The translations under genes were made by a program, and so were the position numbers. DNA of 64,000 nt from Centroscyllium fabricii. Taxonomy: Eukaryota. Positions 10,799-22,115 of this stretch are shown here, one piece after another. The stretch lies in assembly GCA_051313645.2 (NCBI GenBank), contig JBNRSN020000019.1, positions 120,094,001 through 120,158,000 on the forward strand, read 5' to 3'. Position 1 is the first letter of the stretch. Every line of letters begins with the position of its first letter. A model generated the notes under the pieces. That model was not told the DNA's origin, did no database searches, and saw only the letters and a program-made list of their open reading frames with translations.

Positions 10799-12327
10799 TT
10801 CAAAATTTCTAAGTTATTAAAATTGACGTATCGTCAATTGGTCTTAATAAAAGACTGGACGAGTAGTTACCATAACTAAAGGCTTTTAATAACTTACTTT
10901 GGAGCTACCCTCCGAACGAACATCAGAACAGAATGAGGGAGCCCCGGTCAGTCCTCACCTATAAAGGCCTCACCTGGGGGAGGAGTTAGAGGTGTGGCTG
11001 ACCTGGCTCCACGACAGTATTACAAAACAGTGTATCACACAAAGCCAATGTTGGCGACAATATTGCAGTGGTAATATGTACAATATGGGTTACCACAGCA
11101 GGTACCGGAGTTTATTTTTAGAGTTCAGGAGGCTGACAGCCCTGGGGAAGAAGCTGTTCTGAAATCTAGTCGTGCGGGTGCGAATTGATCTGTAGCGTCT
11201 CCCGGAGGGCAGGGGGGCGAACAGACTGTGGCTGGGGTGTGTGGGGTCTTTAATAATGTTCATAGACCTCCGTAAGCATGGCAAGAACATCCTTCCTCAG
11301 ATGAGGCGACCAAAACTGTACACAATACTCAAGGTGTGGTCTCACCAGTGCCTTGTACAGCTGTAGTAAGGTATCCTTATTCCTATACTCGAACCCTCTT
11401 GATATGAAGGCCAACATACCATTTGCCTTCTTAACCGCCTGTTGCACCTGCATGCTCGCCCTCAGTGACTGGTGCACTAGAAGACCCAGGTCTCTGCACT
11501 TCCCCATCTCCCAATCTATTGCCATTTAAATAATAATCTGCCCTCCTGTTTTTGCCCCCATAGTGGATAACCTCACATTTATCCACATTATAGTGCATTT
11601 GCCATGTATCTGCCCATTACCTCAACTTGTCCAAATCGCACTGGAGCTTCCTGACATCATCTTCAGAGCCCACCCCCCCTCCTAGTTTAGTGTCGTCTGC
11701 AAATTTGGAGATGTTGCATCCAATTCCCTGGTCCAGATCATTAATATATATTGTGAACAGCTGGGGTCCCGGGACAGATCCCTGCGGCACCCCACTAGTC
11801 ACCGCCTGCCACTCAGAGAACGAGCCGTTTATTCCAACTCTCTGTTTTCTATCTGCCAGCCAGTTCTCTATCCACGTCAATACTTTGCCCCAATCCCATG
11901 AGCCTTAATTTTGCATGCTAATCTTTTATGTGGGACCTTATCGAAGGCTTTCTGGAAGTCAAGGTACACCACATCTACTGGCTCTCCCCCATCTATTTTA
12001 CCAGTTACTTCCTCAAAGAATTCCAATAGATTAGTCAAGCACGATTTACCTTTTGTAAATCCATGTTGACTCTGTCCGATCCCGTCCCTATTGGTCAAGT
12101 GCTCCGCTATTACATCCTTAATAATGGACTCTAGCATTTTGCCCACTACTGATGTTAGGCTTACTGGTCTATAATTCCCTGCTTTTTCTCTACCCCTCTT
12201 TTTAAATAGTGGGGTAACATTAGCTACCCTCCAATCCATGGGTACTGTTCCCGAGTCTATCGAGTTCCGGAAAATGATCCTTAAAGCATCTACTATCTCC
12301 AGGGCCACCTCCTTAAGTAGCCTAGGA

Positions 12328-12742
12328 CAGGGGTCCCCAACCTTTTTTGGACCACGGCCCATTTTGGACTCGTCAATTTTTTCACGGACCGTGGGGGGGT
12401 GGTGCTGGCGGAGTTTTTTTGACTGACCGGGGGGGGGGGGCTGGTGGAGTTTTTTTGACTGACCGGGGGGGGTGGTGCTAGCAGAGTTTTTTTGACTGAC
12501 CGGGGGAGGGGGGGGGGGGGTGCTGCCGGAGTTTTTTTGACTGACCTGGGGGAGGGGGGGGGGGGGTGCTGGTGGAGTTTCTTTCACTCACCAGAGGGGG
12601 CGGGGGTGCCGGAGGAGATTTTTCCACTGACCGGGGCGGGGGGTTGTCTTCCGTCTGTGCCTCGTTCAACGTCTTCCGTCGGCGAATGATCCTTCCACGG
12701 CCCGGGAAAAATGACCCGCGGACCGGCGGTTGGGTAATGCTG
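12328..12742. mobile_element. hAT-type MITE with G-rich internal repeats
   Basis: Termini CAGGGGTCCCCAACC / GGTTGGGTAATGCTG; 8-bp TSD GCCTAGGA / GCCTATGA; interrupts CR1 ORF2. Confidence 0.85.
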
Positions 12743-13689
12743 GCCTATGATGTAGATTATCAGGCCCTGGGGATTTGTCGGCCTTCAATCCCTTTAACTT
12801 CCCCAACACCATATCCTTAGAAATACTGATTTCTGTCAGCTCCTCCCTTGCATTAATCCCTATGTTTCCCGATATCCCAGGGAGGTTATTTGTGTCCTCC
12901 TTTGTGAAGACAGAACCAAAATATGAATTTAATTGGTCTGCCATTTCCTTATTCCCCATTATATATTCCCCTGAATCGGACCGCAAGGGACCGACTTGGG
13001 ATTTTACCAATCTTTTCCTCCTGATATACCTATAAAAGCTTTTGCAGTCGGTTTTATGTTTGCCGCAAGCTTACTTTCGTAATCTATTTTCCCCCTCCTG
13101 ATTAATCCCTTTGTCCTCCTTTGCTGTGTCCTGAACTGCTCGCAATCTTCAGGTCTGGTGCTTTTTTTGGCCAATTGATATGTCCTTTTTTTGGATTTTA
13201 TGTTGTCCCTAATTTCCCTTGTTATCCACGGCTGAGTCACCTTTTTAGGTTTATTTTTATGCCAAACCAGTATAAACAAGTTCTGTAATTCTTCCATTCT
13301 ATCTTTGAATGCTTGCCATTGTCTATCCACCATCAATCCCCCCCAGAAACACCACCCAATCAATCTTACTTAATTCCCTTCTCATACCATCATAATTCCC
13401 TTTATTTAAATTCAGGACCTTAGTCTCTGAGTCAATTTCTTCACTCTCCATCTCAAGTGAGAATTCGATCATATTATGATCGCTCCGACCCAAGGGGCCT
13501 CGTACAACAAGATTGCCAATTAGTCCCTTCTCATTGCACAATACCCAGTCTAAGATGGCCTGATTCCTCGACATATTGGTCCAGGTAACCATCCCGTAAA
13601 CATTATAGGAATTCTTCCTCCTCAGTATTTTTACAGATTTGGCTAGTCCAATCTATATTCATGGAGCTTGGATGAAGAAAGGAAGGCAA

Positions 13690-14330
13690 ATAAACATTGG
13701 AGTCATTGATATTGGAGGTAACAAAAGCTCAGATCAGGGCTGATGATGTGGTGATCAGGGCTGGCAGAGATGGAAATAAGCAGTCTTACTGCTGGAGAGA
13801 ATGTGCGGTTTGAAGTTCAGCCCACGGCTATACAGACGACCTGGTGTAGGGAAGGGAATTTGTGATGAACAATGTGAGCGTTTGTTTCACTCTTCCAATG
13901 TTTAGCTGAAGAACGTTGTGACTCATCTATGATGATGTGTGACAGCACAGAGGTAATTGTGGAGCAGGATTGGTGCTGCAGGGGTAACACTGGGTGCCAT
14001 CAGAGTATATGGAAAGCTGATACGTGTCTATGAATGATATCACCCAGGGCAGCACATTGATGCAGAAATGGAGGGCTCTGGAGATGATTGGGAAGTGAAG
14101 AGAAGCTGTTGCTGCATTCGGAGCGGTAGGAGGGGAACTGTGCAAGGGCAGTCCTGTGGAGCTGGATAATGGAGGAGAGGCAGATGAGGAGGACAGAATG
14201 ATCGAATGTGTCAAAGGATGTAGAAAGATCGAGGAGGACATCAGTCATGGGTTAGCATCCAGGGTGGTCATGGTACTGTTATAGGGCAGACGTTGGACTG
14301 GAGGGATGAGCACATGTTTGAGTACCCTGG
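13690..14330 (-). mobile_element. Old L2-type LINE RT fragment
   Basis: VLLDLSTSFDTFDHSVLL peptide, matching L2 LDLSAAFDTVDH. Confidence 0.6.
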
Positions 14331-14339
14331 GGATGGGGC

Positions 14340-16366
14340 TGTAGCACTTGCAGGACCCAAGAACCACGCAAGAGCCAGAGAAACAGAAAACACTCGTTTA
14401 TTACATTACTGTACAAGAGACTGAACCACGAGGAGCAGGCTTATTTAAACGGCCCGCTTAGTGACCTCAGCACGCCGAGAGATGTGGTGACGTCATCACG
14501 TCACCCGATGGACGGGGCTATGCCCCTCAGACTCCCGAGGCGGATTCGCCAGTCTTGGTGTGCCGCCACACAGCTCCCCCCAGAATCCGTCCGAGAGGAT
14601 AAAAGAGTCTATGTGAGGCGTTGTGGTGGCCGTAAGATGCGGCCGGCACGTGTCGTGCGTTGCTCCTTTTTCTGCGGTGGAGTGTGGGCGGGTGTTGGTG
14701 CGGGAGGGCGTCCGCGTTGAGGTGGTTGGGCGGGGACTGTTGCGTCACCCACTATAACGTGTGCCGGTTTTAGCCAGTCTATAGAGACAGTTTCTGTCCG
14801 GTTGCCCAGCTGTAACTGAAAAGCTTTTGGTCCCGCCCGAAGCACTCTGTAGGGGCCGTGGTGAGGGTAGGGAACTCTGCGAGGAGCGTGCCGTATGCAT
14901 CAGAGTTCCGGGAGCGGCACTGTGCCGCCGCGTGGGCCAGGAGTGCGGGCCCTGTGGAGCATGGGATGGTCGATATGTTGTGAATGTCGACCAGGCGGCG
15001 CCGGGTCATGTCGACCAGGAGGCCGTGGGCACAGAGGAAATCTGCCCCGAGGAGGGGTGAAGTGACCTGGGCCGTGACCAAGTCCCAGTGATACGTGTGG
15101 CCGGCAAGCTTGATTGTGAGCTTGCGGGTGCCGTACGTCTTTATATTAGAGCCGTTGGCCGCTGCAAGTGGCAGGCCCCGGGCGCCTTGTTTGGCTTCTG
15201 CTGGGGAGGCTGGCACGATGCTGTGCTGCGCGCCTGTGTCGCAGAGGAACCGGAGGCCTGTGCTGCTGTCTGTGATGTAGAGCAGTGCTCCAGTGTGTCC
15301 TACAGACATAGTGGGGGCTGGGCTGGGCCGTGGCTTAAATGTGCAGGGCTGTACGCAGCGGTGCGCTTTAGAGTCAAACCGCGTGTGGTAGTAGCACCAG
15401 CCGGTGCTTGGTGGGCGCGGTTGCCTGGGAGGGCGCCGGGGCCTGGGTTCAGGCGTTGGGTTGGACCTGGGGGGCGAGTGGTTGTGCTCGATAGCTGCGG
15501 CATTAAGGTCGCACGTGGTGGAGCGGGTGCGCTCGGCCGCCATGAGCCTGTCGGCTTCCTCGGCTAGCTCGTCCCCGTTCCGGTGGCAGAGGGCCACCAG
15601 GGCCGGTCTGATGGAGCGGGGTAGTTTGAGGAGGAATATGGTGCGGAACAGGGAGGCGGGATCGGCGGTGAGCGCTTGCATTTGTCCCCAAAGGTCCGAT
15701 GGGTCTGCGTCCCCGAGTTCGGGGAGATTAAGGAGCTGGCAGTCGCGCTCAAATTGGGAGGGGGTAAATTTTTTAAGAAGTGCGGCCTTGAGGAACTCAT
15801 ACCTGCCTGCTGCGGGCACGCGCTGTAGCTTCGACCACATCCGATCGATCGTCGATTGTGGTAGGGCCGAAAAGACCAAGTCGTAGCGGTCGTCCCCCTG
15901 GATGCCGTGTGTGCAGCAGCTGGTTTCGATGCACATAAACCAGGCCGCCGGGCGTTGCTCCCAGAACTCCGGCAGGGTTAGTCTGTGCCCGAAGTTCTGG
16001 CCAAGTCCTTGTGTTCGAGAAGCTTGGTTCCTTGAAGACATGTTGCCTTTTAAAGTGTTCTGAGGCGGCTTGATTTTTAGTCCTGTAGCTGCTTTTTCTC
16101 CTTGGAAGTCGTTCCAAGTCGGGGTCACCACTGTAGCGCTTGCAGGACCCAAGAACCACGCAAGAGCCAGAGAAACAGAAAAACACTTGTTTATTACATT
16201 ACTGTACAAGAAAGAGACTGAACCACGAGGAGCAGGCTTATTTAAAAGTCCCGCTTAGTGACCTCATCACGCCGAGAGATGTGGTGACATCATCACGTCA
16301 CCCGATGGGCGGGCTATGCTCCGCAGACTCCCGAGGCGGATTCGCCAGTCTTGGTGTGCCGCCACA
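14340..16366 (-). mobile_element. Internally deleted Gypsy element C (CsRN1-like)
   Basis: LTRs 14340-14570 and 16132-16366; 4-bp TSD GGGC; PBS TGGTGACCCCGAC (16118-16130, tRNA-Trp); PPT GGGGGGAGCTG; RT, RNase H and most of integrase deleted at about 14860. Confidence 0.95.
14779..16041 (-). CDS. Gag plus protease of element C
   Basis: [13 protein letters not shown] Gag; [14 protein letters not shown] (CHCC); FLCDTGAQ protease; LLGADFL. Confidence 0.85.
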   Translation of the reverse strand: MSSRNQASRTQGLGQNFGHRLTLPEFWEQRPAAWFMCIETSCCTHGIQGDDRYDLVFSALPQSTIDRMWSKLQRVPAAGRYEFLKAALLKKFTPSQFERDCQLLNLPELGDADPSDLWGQMQALTADPASLFRTIFLLKLPRSIRPALVALCHRNGDELAEEADRLMAAERTRSTTCDLNAAAIEHNHSPPRSNPTPEPRPRRPPRQPRPPSTGWCYYHTRFDSKAHRCVQPCTFKPRPSPAPTMSVGHTGALLYITDSSTGLRFLCDTGAQHSIVPASPAEAKQGARGLPLAAANGSNIKTYGTRKLTIKLAGHTYHWDLVTAQVTSPLLGADFLCAHGLLVDMTRRRLVDIHNISTIPCSTGPALLAHAAAQCRSRNSDAYGTLLAEFPTLTTAPTECFGRDQKLFSYSWATGQKLSL

Positions 16367-17306
16367 GGGCAATAATTAGAGGGGACCGATAGTTTGACTG
16401 TTTTTCTTGAGTGGATGGTTTTGAAGGGGAGAGGGAAGTGCCAATGGAAAGGAAACCTTTAACAATTTTAGAAGTGGCAGTGCATTTTGTGATTTAAATC
16501 TTATGGGGCTGTCACACCTTGACGTTTTAGCCAGCGTATGCAAATTTGGCGAATACGCTGGTACACGTCGAATACGTTATGGGTAAGTTTTGTATACGTT
16601 AAGAGCACGCTGAAGCACGCTGGCATACGTCGTTGTACTCCGAGTAAGTCGAGAAATTTTGAGCATGCACAAAATTTCTCGACTTATCCAGCGTATGACT
16701 CACACGTTTCGCATACGCTGGCCATAAGTTGTAGGCACGTTAGGCGATCGTTGACACACGTCGACACACGTTACTTGTAAGTTAGTCATAAGTCAAAATA
16801 CGTCGAGATAATGTCTAGCGTACCCGGAACTTATTTCTAACCTATGAGTAACGTGCTTTGAACCTATGTGTAACGTATCTCCAACGCATATTGACGTATG
16901 TAGACGTATTTGACTTCTTCCGGACGACCACAGAACTTACTGAACGTGTTTCTAACTTACAGCTCCTGAAATGAACATCTTATAAAAAGCCTTTTTTTCA
17001 ATTATCCACTTTTCAATATACATGTACATTATATTATTATACCTTTTTCAAAGTGTATGAATTTATTATTGTTAATTATTGTTTATGAATTAAATATTAA
17101 AACAATAACATCAACAAACATCAAGAGTTTGCTCAACTTTTATTAAATAATGAAACATGATAACAATGGTCTAAAAACGTATATACAAAATGGCACAAAC
17201 ATGGCCAAAACAATGTCAACTTTTATTCAGTGCTCTGAAAAATAATGGAACATCAAACGTATATACAAAATGGCACCAACATGGCCAAAACAATGTCAAC
17301 TTTTAT

Positions 17307-17975
17307 TCAGTGCTCTGATGGTGGAGGTGTCTTCAGCTCCCCAGATGGGCTGCTTGCAGCATCAGGACCGCTGGACATGTTGAGCACTCCTGAGAATCCA
17401 GAGATGTTATCGCTAGTGTCAAAGGTGCTTTGGCTCTGGTTCAGTACCTGGCCAGCCGAGCCTATAGCAGCAGATGCAGAGGCGAAGCTTGGCTGCTGCG
17501 TGATCAGAGGAGGAGGAGGCTGGAACACATGCTGAGGAGGAGGAGGCATCATCTGCTGGTACTGAGGCTGCTGCTGTTGGTACTGTGGCTGCAGTGGCAC
17601 GGAAGCAGGAGCAGGAAAGGTGGGGACTATGGGGGGTTCTTCATCAATCTCCTCATCTATCAGCTCAGTGAGGATGGTGTTGATGCGCGACCTTGCCTTC
17701 CGGAAGTTGCGCATCGACATGCTGACCAGGCTGTCACGCACGTAGTTGGCGAAGGCTGAGGTGGCTGTGATGGGCTGAGGCTGTGCGAGACCTTTGAGGA
17801 GCTCCACAGACTCGTGCACCCTCTTCTGGAGTGACTGCAGCTGGTCATCGTCCTGGCCACGCTTCCCCTTGGGGACAGGGGAGGGTGTGCTGTTGTCAGT
17901 AACCAACACCATCTCTGCACAGGCAGCCTCGCCAGCCTCGAGGTCCCCGCTGTGTGCTGCAATGGTTTCCTTTAC
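17307..17975 (-). CDS. MADF protein, exon 2 (222 aa; BESS-like helix, P/Q-rich tail)
   Basis: TGCAG acceptor at 17976, phase 0, in frame with ORF 17307..17981; FANYVRDSL..FRKARSRINTIL; stop overlaps AATAAA. Confidence 0.82.
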   Translation of the reverse strand, partial: VKETIAAHSGDLEAGEAACAEMVLVTDNSTPSPVPKGKRGQDDDQLQSLQKRVHESVELLKGLAQPQPITATSAFANYVRDSLVSMSMRNFRKARSRINTILTELIDEEIDEEPPIVPTFPAPASVPLQPQYQQQQPQYQQMMPPPPQHVFQPPPPLITQQPSFASASAAIGSAGQVLNQSQSTFDTSDNISGFSGVLNMSSGPDAASSPSGELKTPPPSEH

Positions 17976-18087
17976 CTGCAATTATGACAATTGATTAGTA
18001 AAATAAAATGCAAAAATACGAGGCAAAGTACAGTAAAATTAATATAAATAAATATTAGTATTGATATTAACATGTGTTTATACTTAC

Positions 18088-18633
18088 ACTGTTGACGGGC
18101 TCAGCACGATGGCGGACCACAGTCTTGAGGAAGCCGAACTTTGCCTTCACCCACTGCTCCCTCTCTGTCAGTTCCGGGGCGCCATCACCGCTCTTCTTCT
18201 TGTCGAGACGGGTGTGGGTGTCTCGCAGGGACTTGAACCACCCTTGAAGGTGCTCGACAGTCTTCCCCATGGCCTTTGCTTGATCCTCCCAGAGCTTTGC
18301 CTTCTTGTCCACCCTCTGGTAGTCAGTCTTCTTGATGTCCCAGAGGATGGCGTTCTCGCGAAGGAAATCGCACATGAGCTGCTCGTCTTGAACATCAAGA
18401 CAAAACTGTGTCTTCTTGGCCCTCTTCTTCGCAAGGGTTGGCTGAGAGGAGGTGGAGGCCACGGACGCAGCTATCAATGCCACCGACGATGCCCGAGAGG
18501 CGTTGGAACCAGCATCCTCTCCGTCAGAGGGTGAGCGTGATGGGGAGGGTGTGGGTGATGATGGATCCTCCATGCGTCCGCGTCCACGGCCAGGAGACTT
18601 CTTGGCAGCATTCTTAGAACTTTTCCTAGGCAT
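18088..18633 (-). CDS. MADF (Myb/SANT-like) protein, exon 1 (182 aa)
   Basis: DFLRENAILWD..KAKLWED..WFKSLRD..KKKSGDG..W MADF pattern; ATG at 18633; GTAAGT donor at 18087. Confidence 0.88.
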
Positions 18634-19335
18634 GATGGTGATGTTGTAGAGACTTGGCAAGGCAGATTGTGATGTAGAACTGGAATCAGTTTGGGTGGGT
18701 GGAGCTGCACTTCGATGTCTAGTGTTATGATTTGAATCGTCCAGTGACAGCCTTTGAATAGGCTACGCCACGTGATCGGCGGCGAAACGCTGCCGCGTGC
18801 TATGCATAAGTTAGACTATCGTTGGGCATAAGTTGTGAACGCCGACAACACGCTAAGCATTCGTTGGTATAAGTTATCGATACGTTCTGTGTACGTTACT
18901 AATACGTTATGCATACGTCCAACTCGTTATGAATATGCTATTATATGCCCAAAACTGAAAAAAACATCGATAGTTCAGCGAACGCCAGCGTTTTAGATAA
19001 ATTTGCATACGTCGGCATGCGCTAGCTAATTCGTCAAGGTGTGACAGGGCCTTAACACTCAATCGCTGCTAAACAGCTAAGCATCTTAAAAGAAGGCTTT
19101 TATGTGTAGATTATTAGACTAATTTTACCAAGACTGATCTATTAACAAAATATAAACACCAACAGAAATAGACAGGCAATTTCTGGACCGACGTTAATCC
19201 CAGTTATTAATAGAATGTCTCAGGAGTTGACGAATTATATCTTACATTTCAGTTTCTGGTCTGATTTGAGTAAATGTGCTGTAAGTAGTAGATTGTGCAT
19301 GTTTTCTAGATTATTGGATTCTCTGAGGAGTTTAA

Positions 19336-19596
<261 letters not shown>

Positions 19597-19854
19597 TAGT
19601 ATTAGTTCTGTGTTGAAGCAGTGGTTAATCGCTTGGTTTATCTGTTATTTATTATTCAGGAACGGAAACCTGCCACCTTAGCCTAGTCTGGCCTGACTGG
19701 GGATTCCACTAAGTGCCTGATTCTTAATTCCCATAAATAGGGATAGCCAGTAAGTTGCCCTTGAGAAGGTAGTGGTGTGCCGCTGCCGTCTGTGCCACGA
19801 TCCCAAATCCAGAGAACAATAAGGAAAAGTGTCTCTAGCTACAATTTTAAATTA

Positions 19855-22115
19855 CATAGAAAGTACGGCACAGAAACAGGCCATTCGGCCCGACCCGGTC
19901 CGTGCCGGTGTTTATGCTCCACTCGAGCCTCCTCCCGTCTTTCCTCATCTAACTCTATCAGCGTAACTCTCGATTCCCTTCTCCCTCACGCTTGTCCAGC
20001 CTCCCCTTAAATGCATCGATACTATTCGCCTCAACCACTCCCTGTGGGAGCGAGTTCCACATTCTCACCACTCTCTGGGTAAAGAAGTTTCTTCTGAATT
20101 CCCCATTGGATTTCTTGCTGACTATCTTATATTGATGGCCTCGAGTTTTGCTCTTCACCACAAGTGGAAACATTCTCTCTCTATCCACTCTATCAAAACC
20201 TTTCATAATTTTAGGGCTCTATCTGGTCAACCCTCAGCTTTATCTTTTCAAGAGAAAACAGGCCCAGCCTGTTCATCCTTTCCTGATATGTAAACCCTCG
20301 CATTTCTGGTATCATCCTTGTAAATCTTCTCTGCACCTTCTCAGTGCCTCTATATTCCTTTTTATAATATGGCGACCAGAACTGTGCACAGTACTTTAAA
20401 TATGGTCTAACCCAGGTTCGATACAGGTTTAGCATAACTTCCCTACTTTTCAATTTAATTCCTCTAGAAATAAACCCTAGTGCTTGGTTTGCTTTTTTTA
20501 AATGGCCGTATTAACAAATTTCCACTGTAGACTTGGCTCTTGCCTTTTAATCTTTATTTGAATACAAATAACAAGGTGAAAACTTAAACAAATAAATTGT
20601 GTTGATGCATTAACTCTCTTGTACCAGCTCTGCCATCGGTGCCTTTGTTCTGACTGTCTCCACTCTCCACAGACTGTTGCAGTCTGTCTCAGGAGTCCTG
20701 CTGTTTACTTTGTGAGGCTCATCATCCTATCCCAAGTCATTCCCTGTCCAAGTGCTCCCTCTGTCTTTGCCAAAATCTCTTGTCTTTCTTCACAACCTTG
20801 CAGCTATTTTTCTCACGGGCTTTGATGCTTCTCTTTTGCCCAATGCTGTTACTGTCTTTCCAAAGACCTCCTAAGCTTCCCTTCCTAACAATGCTTCTCC
20901 CTTTCCCAAACTCTGGAGATGCCAATTTTTGGCAGCTGACATAATTTTCTGCACCTTCTCTAAGGCCTTCACATTCTTCCTAAAATGTGGTGCTCAGAAT
21001 TGGACACAGTATTCCAGTTGAGGATGAACCAGTTCATCATAATTTCCACACTTTTGTTCTCTCTGCCTCTATTTATGAAGCCCAGGATTCCGTAAACCTT
21101 TTTAACCGCTTTCTCAACCTGCCCTGCCACCTTCAACATTTTGTGTACACGTACCCCCAGGTCTCTCTGTTCGTGCACCCCCTTTAGGATTGTACCCTTT
21201 AGTTTATATCGCCTCTCCCCATTCTTTCTACCAAAATGTATCACTTCACACTTTTCTGTGTTAAATTTCATCTGCCACATGTCCGGCCATCTCACCAGCC
21301 TGTCTATGTCTTCCTGAAGTCTATCAATCTCCTCCTCACTGTTCCCTATACTGCCAAGTTTTGTGTCATCGGCAAATTTTGAAATTGTGCCCTGTACACC
21401 CACATCCAAGTCATTAATATATATCAAGAAAAGCAATGGTCCTAAAACCGACCCCTGGGGAACACCACTGTATACCTTCCTCCAGTCAAGAATCAACCGT
21501 TCATCACCTCTCTCTGTTTCCCGTCACTTAGCCAATTCCATATCCATGCTGCCACTGTCCCTTTTATTCCATGGGCTTCAACTTTGATGGCAAACCTATT
21601 ATGAGGCACTTTGTCGAACGCCTTTTGGAAATCCATGTACACCACGTCAACCGCATTGCCCTCATCAACCCTATCTGTTATCTCATTAAAAAACTCGATC
21701 AAGTTGGTTAAACATGATTTGCCTTTAACAGATCCATGCCGGCTTTCCTTAATTAATCCACACTTGTCCAAGTGCCTGTTAATTTTGTCCCTGATTACTG
21801 ATTTTAAAAACTTCCCCACTACCGAGGTTAAACTGACTGGCCAGTAGTTGCTGGGTTTATCTTTAAACCTTTTTTGAACAATGGTGCAACATTTGCAATT
21901 CTCCAGTCCTCTGGCACCAGCCCCGTATCTATGGAGGATTGGAATATTATGGCCAGGACCTCCGCGATTTCTCCCGTCAATTCCCTCAGCATCCTAGGAT
22001 ACATCCCATCCGCTCCTGGTGATTTATCTACTTTAAGTATAGCCAGCCTTTCTATTAACTCCTCTTTATCAATTTTTATCCTATCAAGTATCTCCACTAC
22101 CTCCTCCTTCACGAT
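19855..22115 (-). mobile_element. CR1 LINE ORF2 fragments
   Basis: RT motifs [15 protein letters not shown] and DFQKAFDKVPH in ORFs 19958..22112. Confidence 0.88.

Larger units (their letters stand above)
6226..11097 (-). mobile_element. Full-length Ty3/Gypsy LTR retrotransposon A (Mag-like, tentative), no tRNA PBS
   Basis: 274-bp LTRs 6226-6499 and 10824-11097 (TG..CA, about 5 mismatches); 5-bp TSD GCAGG (6221-6225, 11098-11102); PPT AAGAAGGGGTGAA next to the 3' LTR. Confidence 0.97.
6089..11277 (-). mobile_element. 5'-truncated Rex1/Babar-type LINE 3' end (6089-6225 plus 11098-11277), split by the Gypsy element
   Basis: IIKDPTHPSHSLFAPLPSGRRYRSIRTRTTRFQNSFFPRAVSLLN peptide; 3' end CAATGACAATAAAA(TTGAA)n. 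Confidence 0.75.
5660..13660 (-). mobile_element. CR1 LINE (ORF2 to 3' tail) interrupted by nested insertions at 6089-11277 and 12328-12742
   Basis: 3' tail (catagaaa) at 5661; sequence resumes across 6088/11278 (ccttccat|ggcaagaac); RT ORFs 11250..13592. Confidence 0.9.
16504..19051 (-). mobile_element. Non-autonomous PIF/Harbinger-type DNA transposon carrying a MADF gene
   Basis: TIR GG(G/C)(G/C)CTGTCACACCTTGACG at 16505 and inverted at 19032-19051; TTA flanks (16501-16503, 19052-19054); CpG-rich subterminal regions. Confidence 0.88.

Noticed and set aside
10846-10965. Plus-strand AATAAA and TATAAA suggesting plus orientation of LTR A
   Set aside because: Their order is wrong for a plus-strand LTR; the ORF and PPT fix the minus orientation.
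11877-12587. CR1 RT with a novel proline-rich N-terminus
   Set aside because: Read-through into the inserted hAT MITE.
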